Shown: one piece after another, positions 12,401 through 25,000 of the stretch
How the letters are laid out: each line of letters begins with the position of its first letter
Numbering within the stretch: position 1 is the stretch's first letter
From: Haliotis rufescens
Taxonomy: Eukaryota
NCBI RefSeq assembly: GCF_023055435.1
Contig: NW_025963782.1
Coordinates: 1-64,000, forward strand
Direction of reading: 5' to 3'
Length of the DNA stretch: 64,000 bases
Translations under genes and position numbers: made by a program
Notes under the pieces: model-generated
The model's database searches: none
What the model was told of the DNA's origin: nothing
What the model saw: the letters and a program-made list of their open reading frames with translations, nothing else

Positions 12401-14103
12401 GTTAAAGGCAAACGGTACAGTGTTTATGTTACGTGCGAACCAAACCAACTCAGAATATGAAATATCACTGTCTATAAGTGTATCAAAGAAGATATGCTTT
12501 GCACTTTATTTGTTTGTTTGTTTGTTGTGTTACGCCGCACTCAGCAATATTCCAGCAAAATGACGGTGGTCTGTAAATGATTGAGGCTGGACCAGACAAT
12601 CCAGTGATTGTCATCACGAGCATCAATCCACGCAATTGCGATGCGATGACATACATGATGCAGCAAGCCTGACCACCCGATCCCGTTAGTCGCATCTTAT
12701 GACAAGCATAGTCGCTTTTTACGGCATGTTTGGGTTGCTGAAAACCTATTCTTCCCCGGATCTTCAAAGGTCGCTTCCATTGTACTACACAAACTACTTG
12801 ATATAACTGTATTGCCCAGCCCTATATTGTGTTTCATTGTAATTACCACATACAATATTGTTTACAACACATGTAATGTTTCTATGTTTGTAGCGTCCTA
12901 TACATGGTATATGTGTTATGATGTATATTCCCTCCTACAGATGCGAAACTCAGGACGACTATAAGGCCCCTCCTGCTGCTCCCCCACAGTAAAGAGTTCT
13001 TCATATATGAGGGTTCGCTCACGTCTCCGCCATGCTCGGAGTCAGTACTATGGGTCGTTATGAGGCAACCATTACAGCTGAGTTCACGAAGGGTATGTCA
13101 TGGAACGTCCGCCTGTGGATGACGTTGATCTGTATTTGATGTTCATAGGATACATGTAGAAACGAGAAGCTTTTTATATCGTAACCAAGAAATGATAAAT
13201 GAGACATTTTCTCTTGATGTCCCTTATACCAGCCGTGACTACTGGGCTTAGAATTCTTTGCAAGTATATATCCAGAGGTAATATGTAACAGTAATACAGA
13301 TTCTGCTGTATGTATACCTGAGATGAAATACCTGCTTTCAGCAATTTTCAGGCTGTGTAGTCCGCTACTAGCATAACTAAAATTGTTCAAAGGAGCCGTC
13401 TTTCCCTACGGATTCCGCTTCCAGTACATTCCTGCTATTTTATATGGAGCATTTGTAGGATATCAGAATGAGAGAGTGAGTGATTTTTTTCTAACGCTGT
13501 CGTCAGCATTATTTTAGCTATATGTCGACAGCCTGTAAATAACTGAGTCAGTGGCTGCAAGTAACGATCACTTATAAGACACGGTGACACCATCAAACTG
13601 GCGAGCCTGACCAGACTGTCTTCTTTAGGCAACTCTTCCGACAAGCGTAGGGAACTGCGAATCTATCCTTCCCCGAAATCCTGACAGCTACACGTGTACC
13701 AAAATATTCATTTATGTACGGTAGCAGTTTGTAATCCATGGTTTCTGTTCCACGGCGACGCGTGGAACATCTACATGCTATGTAACGTATTAATAGTATT
13801 CATTATATCTGAAACGACTATGCAAGGCATATTCAATGTAAGAACACGAGACTATTACGTCTCATTATCGTGATTATTTCAGGCAGCAACTTCTTAACAG
13901 TACTACCTAACCCTCCCTACCCCTTTTCTTTATAGCTGCAGATGCTGAGGAACCTTCCAAGAAAAGGTGGGCGGGTGTTGGCGACATATACAAACGTCCG
14001 CCCCGAACAAGAACTTAACAACAGGCTTGTGGAAACCAATTTCCCTTGTTCAGACAACCTCGATGCCTTCAATACACCGACAGAACACGGAGGACATTTA
14101 TAG
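9499..14103 (+). CDS. Alpha-carbonic anhydrase, probably secreted or extracellular; first coding exon(s) not identified
   Basis: Six exons join in phase: 9499-9654 (GPLRW...CCGGAKQSP...YNNG), 10474-10637 (QTATM...EIHYHAG...GSEH...GAE), 12026-12118 (VHLVHYN...[12 protein letters not shown]), 12345-12414, 12941-13092 (LLP...[16 protein letters not shown]) and 13936-14103 ([13 protein letters not shown]...stop). All three Zn-ligand His are present. Confidence 0.92.
11306..11661 (-). mobile_element. Full-length tRNA-derived SINE (family B) in a CA intron
   Basis: tRNA-like head with A box (tggtctagtgg) and B box (ggttcgatccc), and a (cacct)n tail. 12-bp TSD gaacaaatagag at 11294-11305 and 11662-11673. 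Related pieces at 412-700, 2500-2695 and 5380-5508. Confidence 0.9.
12510..12770 (-). mobile_element. SINE-like repeat (family C) with an (aaac)n tail, representative copy
   Basis: Core tctggaccagacaatccagtgatt...catgcatcaaccaagtcagcgagcctgacca. Other copies at about 200-390, 5170-5580, 7675-7885, 9095-9200, 14505-14705, 35275-35516, 42895-43110, 49305-49520, 51500-51620, 59140-59350 and 61320-61445. Confidence 0.85.
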
Positions 14104-16035
14104 ATATGAACATTGGAAAATGTCACGAATATGTGTTTGTTAAAGAGTTTAGGAGCTTATATTAACATATTTATGTCAATACATTTTTTGGCATTTCCAA
14201 ATTTGACGCCTCAGTGACACAACTTATATCCTATGCAATTCCCTATGTGTACCTTATGTTCCTGTCTTTTGTAATTTAACAACTGACTTGCCTTTGCATG
14301 TATTTGTGATGGTTGCCTCCAGTGAGGAAGGATATGTTCACCTTCTCGTGAACACCATGAACATGTGTTTGTTGCTTTAATATATGAAAAAGGTTGATTA
14401 CTTTACATTACATGAGATTGATTATGTTGTGTAAGTTTAACATCTATTTATATGTTTGAATAGGATATTGAAATACTTCCATGCCATACATACTCTTAAC
14501 TCATCAGCAACCCATGCTTGTCGTAAGAGACGACTAACGGGATCAGGTGGTCAGGCTCTCAAACTTTGTTGATGCATGTCATCGTATCCCAATTGTGTAG
14601 ATGGATGCTCCAAATATGATTCAGTTGATTGCCTGGTCCAAACTCGATTACTGACAAAATCGCCATCATATTGCCGAGTGCAGCGTTAAACAACAAACAA
14701 ACAACAAACATGATGAAATGATATATCAGGTATTTATGTTTGAATTGCTATTTAATATTTTTGTAGCTACAATGAAATCCCGTTATAGTTTTTGAACATT
14801 CAACGTAATAGTTTTGCTGAATGACACCTCAGTATGTTATGTGGTTTATAAGCCGGCACCATTGTGAACAAAATGTCATCTTCAGTTGTTGAACCATAGC
14901 GTTAATCACTGTTTGATTGTCCACTGCTCTCAGTGGTGTATTCTGTACTGTACACGTTTTCTTACTGATTCCCAAGGGGATTCTAAAGAACAAACCTTGT
15001 AACCTGTTTTGTTTTCATTCCTACCATGACACACCGAAGACCAGATTTTTCCCTTAGCCGGATACAATGTGTAAAGTCCATATTTGGTGCCCCCTTGGGA
15101 ACCCATGGAAGATAAGAATGTGTCCTCAGCACCCCATTGCTGGTCGTAAAAGACGACCGTATTGGGCAACCTGTTCAGAATCGAAACTGTGATACTCTAG
15201 TTATTATACTGTCCATCGCTGACAGGTTTTATTCCGTATAAATATTTATTATGTCTAAGTTCTCGTCACGATATGGCTGAAATATTGCCAATGCGACGTT
15301 AAATTCTAACTCACTCACTCAACATATTTGGTGTCCTCCGCCGTGCTATTGCTGGAATTTTGCTAAAATGCGGCGTAAAACCTTACACACTCGCAAAGTC
15401 ACTTCCACCATGAAACCATCGTATATAGGAAATTACTAAAGGTATAAACTACACGTACGTATGATATTAACTGTTATGTGTAAGAGTGATCTAAACTTCT
15501 CACACATCATTCAAATCTAGCTTCAAAGTCACTGTTTGTATTGGAATACATGGCACTGTTTACATATGCATATATATTGTTGTGTCAATGGATGTACACC
15601 TAGCTAGTTTTGTTTTCTTTCCTACCATGACACGCCAAAGTCCCGGATCGTTCCCAGCTGCATTGGTACAATGTGTGAAGTCCACATTTGGTGTCCCCCG
15701 CTGTGATATTGCTGGAATATTGATGAAAAGTGGTGTAAAACCACACTCACTCACTCACTCCTAGCAATAAAACAGTCGTATGTAGATAATTACTAAAAGT
15801 ATGAATTACACATCCGTACGATTACATCTTTTACGTGTATCTAAACTGCTCATACATCGTTCAAATCAAGGTTCAAAGTGAATGTTCATATAGGTATACA
15901 TGACTCACTTTATACATATTATTGTGTATAGACACACATGAAACTGTCCACATATGCATGAATATCGTTGTGTTTGATCGTATAGAGATGTAGACCCAGC
16001 TGGTTACAGATGCAATGGTGGAAGTCTCATTCCCT

Positions 16036-19000
16036 TCAGAAATCATCCCCTGATGATGTTTTCGTTTTCAGGAAAAATATAATGATAAATCCTGAAAAGA
16101 AAAGGGGCGAAGTTTACGTGTCAGATAGGATCTTTCTGTCTGATGAGAAGACAATAGTTTGCAGTGTAAAACTGTTGACTGTTTGATTGGCATTATAGAA
16201 GTTGCTGAGTACATAAGGTAACAACTTAATGCATAACAACTTCGGGTATATTGCATATAGCGAGGTTAACGATGTAGATTCACACACCCCTATCAAGCCA
16301 GAATGACTACACAAAGCAAACTAGCTTGATAACGGTGTAAGAATCAACATCGAAAAGTCGATATATGCAATACACCAGAGGTTGTAAGATGTTCGAGATG
16401 GACAGCAGTTTGAGACAAGTTAAAATGAGTTACACAGCGGGGTGTAAACTTTAATGTATAATGCTTTTACAGGTCATAATTTCGTATACATGGGGTTTTA
16501 TTGATGTCTTACCGGCTGCGGTGAATCCAGTTGACAGAAAGAACAAGCCATGCCAGCCAATGGAATCTTTGAGGATTTGCCCAAGGAAGGCACTTGTGGC
16601 TCCAGTTATGATCTGATGAGACAGCAAGTCAAATAGTTGACATATTGGTCATCTAAGCACAACTAGAAGTATCAGATCCTGAGATCAACGTCAGATATAT
16701 TACCACAGGGTAAGCAAGAGGGGTGTTTCACATTTTCACTGATGTGTGGAATCGATTTCGGGTTTACACTGTACAGCTTCAGCTTAAACCGTCTTTTAAA
16801 GAAGTGATAATTTAGACTCTCGGTGCCAGCGAAAATGTGCATCTATACAATTAATCCTTTAATCTCATACAAAGTAACAAAATAAATACTAATGAAACAT
16901 GCAGGAATTATGTCTTATTGGTGTTAGAAGCACCAACGTATGATTAAGGCTTTAAGTGTGACTAAAGGTTGCAGTCAGCAATGGTAGAATGTTTATAATC
17001 AGAGACATACAATTTACTCCTTCAGGCAGCTTGATTTGTCAGGTCACGTTTACCCGCATCTCACTGCAAGCATGGGGAACTGTGGATATATTTTGTCAAC
17101 GAATCTATTATATTGCCTTACCTGGGATGTGAAAAGAAGTCCAAAGTTGACTCCGACATACGTGTTCCCATACATCCTGGCAATGGCAGGTGGCATGATA
17201 GCGAAGATTCCGGAGAAAGCAAAAAAGATGAGGCACACCCAGATGAAAAACATCACCCTCCCAGCATACTCACACCCCAGAAACGAGGCTATGAGGCAGG
17301 CGAAGGCAATATATATACATCGGGCTGCAATCTGGTAATAAAAAACAGCACATGAAAAGGCCATGTATAACCGATCATATATCATAATGGAAATTAACAA
17401 AGGATAATGATAAAGGAAGACTTAAGGTCATGTCATTCAAAACAAAGCCAATTAATCAGTACAGGCGGTGTCTCCCTAGTTTGGATTCCTATGAAATATT
17501 GTCATTTGTAAGTCTCACTTGTAAGCCGAAGCTCAGCTGGTAATCTGTGGTAATCAGGATAAATATTTCACACAAAAGGTGCAGTTTCCTTCTTGATTCT
17601 GCTAAGAAGTAGCACTCATTTTATATTCCCTTTTATACATTTTCACACCTCTTATTTGTTTTCCGATATCAAATATATTTTAATTGATTCCAGTTTCACA
17701 TTCTAATTATTTGAACCTTCCATTTTCTTGTTACCTTTCCTCTAATTTGCTCGATATAATTAGATAAATTGCCTACTTATCAAAATCGATTATTTAAGTA
17801 TATACCTTTACCTTGACTGACACTAAATAAAGCAGGTTATATAGAGGTTATCACGCAAGTGTGTTTGGGGATGGTAAATATCCTGCATTAGGAACAAACA
17901 TTGTATTTAGCGAGCCTTGGCGATATCATATAATGTCATTCTTCAATTCTGTGCTTGAAAATCGCTTCCCCTCACTCACAAGCATTACCTAAACATTGCG
18001 AGTTTTCCTGGAATGCGCTCATTAATATTTATTACGTCACAGGGTAAGAGATGTGTCAGTCGGACAGTGACAGTAGCTCATATAGTTCCAATATAGCCAA
18101 TATCTTATACATGTCGAAGCAACATATATTGTTTTTACTTGCCTTTCGCGGCAATCCATCGGTCTGTCCGCTAGAGTAACTGCCCTTTGTCAAAGGGAAG
18201 CAACTCTAACCCTATTCTATGAGACGTCACGGCCACGTTCAGACTGTTGACAGTCGGTCTGTCCTGTCATAACGTTAAGCGCAGCCAGACGTACACACAG
18301 CGACAAAACGATACAAAGGTAACAATTCAAACATATTTCGGCCAAATCCAAATATTTTAATTTTTGGAAAAGATTTCAAACACAGATATGGCTACTGATC
18401 CCGCTTGGCTGGGCCAGGTGCCCTCGCAAAATTGTTTTGAAATTTATATCTCCAAAGTGGCCAAAACTTAGCTGTGCCTTAGCTACGTAACAGTTAAGAC
18501 ACTGATTTTCAGTATATTAGACTGTTCTTTTGATAATGATAGAATTATCCCTTTAAATTATCCAGATTCCCGATGGTTAATTCTGACTCGATCGCCGAAT
18601 GACAAGGGCGACGCCATGTTTGTTTATAAACACTGAAAGTAGTCCCTACGTGACCTTTGATATTTGCATCTCTATCCGCATATGACCCCAACGGATATCG
18701 TTTTTATCTGTTGGCTTTATCCTGCCGACCAACCTACCCATTATATGATAAGAAGTGGTATTACCTTAAAGGAGAACCGATCCATGATATATCCCCAGAA
18801 TATGCTGCCCCCAGCATTGAAGACTGATGACACAGACCCAACAATGGCCAGAAAGTGGTCATCATCAATGAATGTCTGTCCGTAATTCTGTATGAACATA
18901 AAAAGCGAAATTAATGATTTTATCATTTTGAATAATGTGACAATGGATGGCTAAAACATCAGAATTATCAACAATTCAAGGCCGATGATTTTATAAACAT

Positions 19001-22000
19001 TTGTTTTGTAATAAATATACCTTATATTGTGATGAAACAAACACAATCCCTTCTCCCCCAAAGAGAAATATCAGCCACAGGAGGTAGAAGTTCTTGGACT
19101 TGAGGACCTTCTGTGGTGGAACATCTTCAGCAGCAGCACTGTTCAGGAATAGTGAGTGAGGTAAAATATAACGTCAGGTCGTCATCAGACAAATAAATGT
19201 GTGCAAACGTGTACAATGCTATTCTATCATGAAGAGTCTCCACGTTAATCAAATCACGCCCTCACTCCATAATTGGTACATATAAGCGATTGAGGGAAGA
19301 GCGAGGGTGGTGGGAACTATTGTCTGACACGATTCTTCTTCTTCTGAAAAGATCTTTCCATTATTTTTATAAACATTTAATTATTATAGCTATTGTTGTG
19401 AAGCCGATGTACCGCTATAGCATATTTGCATCGACAAACAGACCCATTGTTATACATGAAAGGCCTGTTAAGTTTACAGGTAATAACATCTGTATGCATT
19501 GAGATTTTATCTGGGACATCGGCCGTGAAATGGCTGTTTTTCACACGGTCGACCCAGACACAACTGCCACGGTTGAATAAGTACAAAGTTATGCCATATA
19601 GTATATCAAACCACAACGGATTACATGTGTCACTTGTTTGTACTTGGACGCTACAGTATAAACCAGGTCTCCATGTAGTAGATCAAAACACATTGAGTTA
19701 CATGTGTCACTTGTTTGTACTGGGACGCTACAGTATAAACCAGGTCTCCATGTAGTAGATCAAAACACATTGAGTTACAGGTGTCACCTGTTTATACTTG
19801 AACGCTACAGTATAAACCAGGTCTCCATGTAGTGGATCAAAACACATTGAGTTACAGGTGTCACCTGTTTACACTTGAACGCTACAGTATAAACCAGGTC
19901 TCCATGTAGTAGATCCAAACACATTGAGTTACAGGTGTCACCTGTTTATACTTGAACGCTACAGTATAAACCAGGTCTCCATGTAGTAGATTCAAACACA
20001 TTGAGTTACATGTGTCACTTGTTTGTACTGGGACGCTACAGTATAAACCAGGTCTCAATGTATTGGATCAAAACACAGTGAGTTACATGTGTCACTTGTT
20101 TGTACTGGGACGCTACAGTATAAACCAGGTCTCCATGTAGTGGATCAAAACGCAGTGAGTTACATGTGTCACTTGTTTGTACTGGGACGCTACAGTATAA
20201 ACCAGGTCTCCATGTAGTAGATCAAAACACAGTGAGTTACATGTGTCACTTGTTTGAAATGGGACGCTACAGTATAAACCAGGTCTCCATGTAGTAGATC
20301 AAAACACAGTGAGTTACATGTGTCACTTGTTTGTACTGGGACGCTACAGTATAAACCAGGTCTCCAAGTAGTAGATCAAAACACACCGGGTTACATGTGT
20401 CACTTGTTTGTACTTGGACGCTACAGTATAAACCAGGTCTCCATGTAGTGGATCAAAACACAGTGAGTTCCCTTTTGTCACTTGTTTGTACTGGGACGCT
20501 ACAGTATAAACCAGATCTCCATGTAGTAGATCAAAACACAGTGAGTTACATGTGTCACTTGTTTGTACTGGGACGCTACAGTATAAACCAGGTCTCCATG
20601 TAGTAGATAAAAACACAGTGAGTTACATGTGTCACTTGTTTGTACTGGGACGCTACAGTATAAACCAGGTCTCCATGTAGTAGATCAAAACACATTGAGT
20701 TACATGTGTCACTTGTTTGTACTGGGACGCTACAGTATAAACCAGGTCTCCATGTAGTAGATCAAAACACAGTGAGTTACATGTGTCACTTGTTTGTACT
20801 GGGACGCTACAGTATAAACCAGGTATCCATGTAGTAGATCAAAACACATTGAGTTACAGACGTCACTTGTTTATACTTGAACGCTTCAGTATAAACCAGG
20901 TCTCCATGTAGTAGATGAAAACACATTGAGTTACAGGTGTCACTTGTTTGTACTTGAACGCCTATACAATGGAGATACGTTTGAAGTAGGTCTTCACACG
21001 CATAAAGATAGGTTAATATATACCAATGGACGACAGGTAGAAGGATTACGATCAAAGCGTGTCAGTGTTTATGGTGGCTCTAAATTGTCAATGTAATGCA
21101 TTATGTGGTGAATATATTTTCACGACGTTTGAAGGCTACATTCATGGTAGCAAGATAACATAAACAGTGTTAGGTCTCAGTGACATGTGTTTCTTCTTAT
21201 CAGCCAGGACAACAGGGTATACACCAGGGTCGACATGTAGTGCAGCTAGATGGAATGTGTTCATTGCGTTGGGGTTTCGTGACCTATTACTCATTGCATA
21301 ATATGTACCAGAAAAGGCAATGCATGATGCATGTTTATTCTGTTTGCAAAAAAACATATGTGCTATTAATATACAATACCCACTGTAAATAAAGTACCCC
21401 GGGATAAACATCAGCTGCAGAATGTTAGGGTCGACATACAAATGTATTTACATCCTACATACACGCATTCACCGTTTTAAATGAAGAAATGAATGACACC
21501 CCAAACTGTACAAGAAGATGCTTATCCATCGGGATATTGGAACATGTTCCTATAAACTTATTTCAAGAAACGTGTGATGTATGTGATGGAAAATAAATAT
21601 AAAATATCAAGGCCAGAGAATAACCAGTCTCGATTATCCGCCGAAACAGATTGCATTGAGCGTAAAAGGCAAAGTAGCAGTGAAAAATATATGAAAGGAT
21701 CACTGAGTGAGTGAGTGACTTGGGTTTAACACCGCTTTTGACAGTATTACAGTCATATTACAGCACCTTAATATGGGAGGAAGCCCGAAGTGATGCAGGT
21801 CTCAGACGTTTACCACTTCGATGAAACCCACGAGCATGGGTATGGTGCTGACAATTTTAGAAACATAACTTACCAAATTTGGTTGAAGTTAAAAATGGTA
21901 TTTTAATTTTGAATTCCGTCTGTTGAGTACAAGTTCAGCGATTCTGTTGCTTATAGGTAAAGAATAACTCACTCTATGTCTTTTGTTTGAACGGCTGCAG

Positions 22001-25000
22001 CTTCAGGAGAAGCTGACTTCGTCATCTCCATGTCACCAGAGAATCCTTCGTTAATGTTACTCATTTCATCAACAGTCTTGTAGCTTGTTACCCCGACCTC
22101 ATCCTGAAAAAATATATGATGTAATTTGTCATTCAACAGTCGTTTTATCTAAATATTTCACAATTAAAAGGATTGTGATTTTTTGTTTGTTTGTTGTTTA
22201 ACGCCGCACTGAGCAATTTTTCACTCTAAAGTCAGCGAGCCTGATACAATAATACCCCCTATATATTCCAGCGATATCTTGGCGGGGAACACGAGGAAAG
22301 GTCTTCACACATTGTACCTGCGTGGGGAATCGAACGAGCCTTCGGCGTGACGAGCGAACGCTTCCACCACTAGGCTACCCCACCGCCCCACCGTGTCGCA
22401 TGAACTGAAGATGATCTCCCAAAGATGACTCATGTACCGTTGTTAATGCTGATGTAATATTTCTCTGTGTGGTACCTGGCTGTCCTCGGGCGGGTCAACC
22501 AACATCAGACAGGAAAACAGCTGTACCACCGCGTATGTTCCCCCGAGCACCAGGAAGCAGTGGGGGACACGGTCCAACACCACGTCCTGAGAGAAGTAAC
22601 TGAAGATGCAGAAGGTACACGCTGTAAGAAGGCCATATCAGTGTTGCAAACATTGCCTCTATGTCTATAGGTAAAACATTTATGAGAGTCATATGCCCAC
22701 CATGGCTACGTATTTAAAAAGGTGAACTATATAGGGTAAGTTGGGGGTTGGTCAGGCTAATGATCCAGTATGTTATTGATAAACATTGAGGGAAATCTCA
22801 ATCTTTTAAATATCCAACCTTAAAAGCAAACAACAATCTCCTAATGATGTTCGGCACTTTGNNNNNNNNNNNNNNNNNNNNNNNNNNNNNNNNNNNNNNN
22901 NNNNNNNNNNNNNNNNNNNNNNNNNNNNNNNNNNNNNNNNNNNNNNNNNNNNNNNNNNNNNNNNNNNNNNNNNNNNNNNNNNNNNNNNNNNNNTACTACT
23001 ACTGCTGCTGTGGTGGTCGGGTAGCCTAGTGGTTAAAAGCGGCGTAAAACCATACTCACCCACTCACTACTGCTGCTGCTACTACTACTATTGCTACTTC
23101 TTATAATAATTATTAAGACAGAAAGACTGTAGCTATCAACACATGTTTTCTTACTTCTCTCCATCGTTGTTGTCATCAGGGCTGTAGTTTTCTGGGTTGA
23201 CATAGGCAGTGATAACCTGGTTAAACACCAGAGCGCCAGCTCCAAACCCTGCTATGATGGAACCACTCACAAGCCCCCTCCAGTCCGGCAACCACTGAGA
23301 ACATAATTCATCCAGGTGGGGTGGAATGGGGTTTAACTTAACTTAATGCTCTCATGTTTATTTCATGCACATGCAGGCAGGGTAACAACAAGTCCCATCT
23401 TTTGACGTATTTTAATATAACACTGCCAGGGGGTCAAACCACTGACATTCAGCTCCCCTAAAAGAGCTAAAGATGATGCGCTTTGGCCATTGGCCACCGG
23501 GGTCCCACGTATAACAAGCTGTCTAGGGAAGATATTCAGTGCTGGGGGATGGTTGAGTGCTTCTTACAGTATTCATGTTTCATCATGTTGGAATGAATGC
23601 GAGAAAATTATTTCAATTACCATAATAAATCTCCGTTGTACGATTCCGACTGTATCATAAGCATGTTTTAATGAAATACAGTCCCCCTGATGATAATACC
23701 AGGTGTTTTTGAACATGTGAGCATATCCTGAACAGTGGCACACGTCACAAACACATATAAAGGCAAGTCAATTGTTAACCTAAGAAAATACGGGAACATA
23801 CAACTGTATAGTACAAGTCAACATAGGGAATTGCAAAAAGCATCATTGTGTACACTGATGCGTCAGATTTGGAAATGTCCTCAAAATGTAATTTTTTTTA
23901 AAACTTTACCGAAGCCTTGAATGTTGGCACTCGTATGACACTCTTTGAACACTTCGTAGGCAAAACGTTAGCCCCCGATTTTTGCCCAGACCTCGAAATG
24001 TAGACACCAAAGGCTGGAGCTGCTGGAATATTGCTGGACATGAAGGGAAAGCAGACTCTGGGAAAGTTAAGTCATCACTCATGTCATACAGTCCCGTGTG
24101 TATATACTTTCTTGTCCTGATGAATCTTTATACAACGATCTACGTATGAAATAGATTAGACGGTTTCACAGGTCTCTTATTTCCCAGTTCAAACGAGAAG
24201 GCCTTTAGTGACATTTGTTGAAGCCTACGAGCACGGACAAGAAGCTGTATTATGAGGTCGGAGATAAAACACATGTTCCACAGCTCAAACTGACAATAAC
24301 ATGTGTACAAGGCATATTTTCGGTCATTCGTGACCAACTCGTGTTATTCCGGGACAAGCCGAATAGCGACTCGTGCCCCTCTCGTGGCCATTTTTGCAAC
24401 CGGGTTCCGTCTTAGCGCAAACGGGCATACCTAAAACACTTGTCAACTCGTTGCGCAATGATTCACATATACTTCCCGATATATTATTTATATTTCAGAT
24501 GCAATTTAAAGCACATCAGGACATGCGAAATTATACAGTATGATTGAACACATTTAACTGCGTCTTGGGTATATTTTTAGATGCAAGACATATGTAAAAA
24601 CAGAAATTATTTCTGAGGGATTCTTTGACGAAGAACTTGAAATCATACGCGCATTCTGATTGGTTTGTCGTATTTTCGCACATAACATTCATCGATAGGG
24701 GGACGAGTCTTCTTGCAGGTTACGGAAAGGGGCGAGTGGTGACGAATGATTTTCGGTGAACGGGTAACACACGGACAGGTCGCGTATACGGATGGTGAGA
24801 AGCGGTCCGCACCACAATATTTTAAGATAGAAACACTTGTCTTCATATATTCATATAGTATTTGACCAACCTTCATGGCGCAGCCCAATGGTATAGGATA
24901 TGCTATTCCTGTCCCCATACCAAACATCACGCCGTACGTAAAGACTGTAGCTATGTACGAATTCTGGATCGCGAAGTAGGACAGCATTACGCCAAGACTG

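Noticed and set aside
21142-21441. Possible extra MFS loop exon
   Set aside because: The candidate acceptor gives an in-frame stop in the required phase, and the model is already in phase without it.
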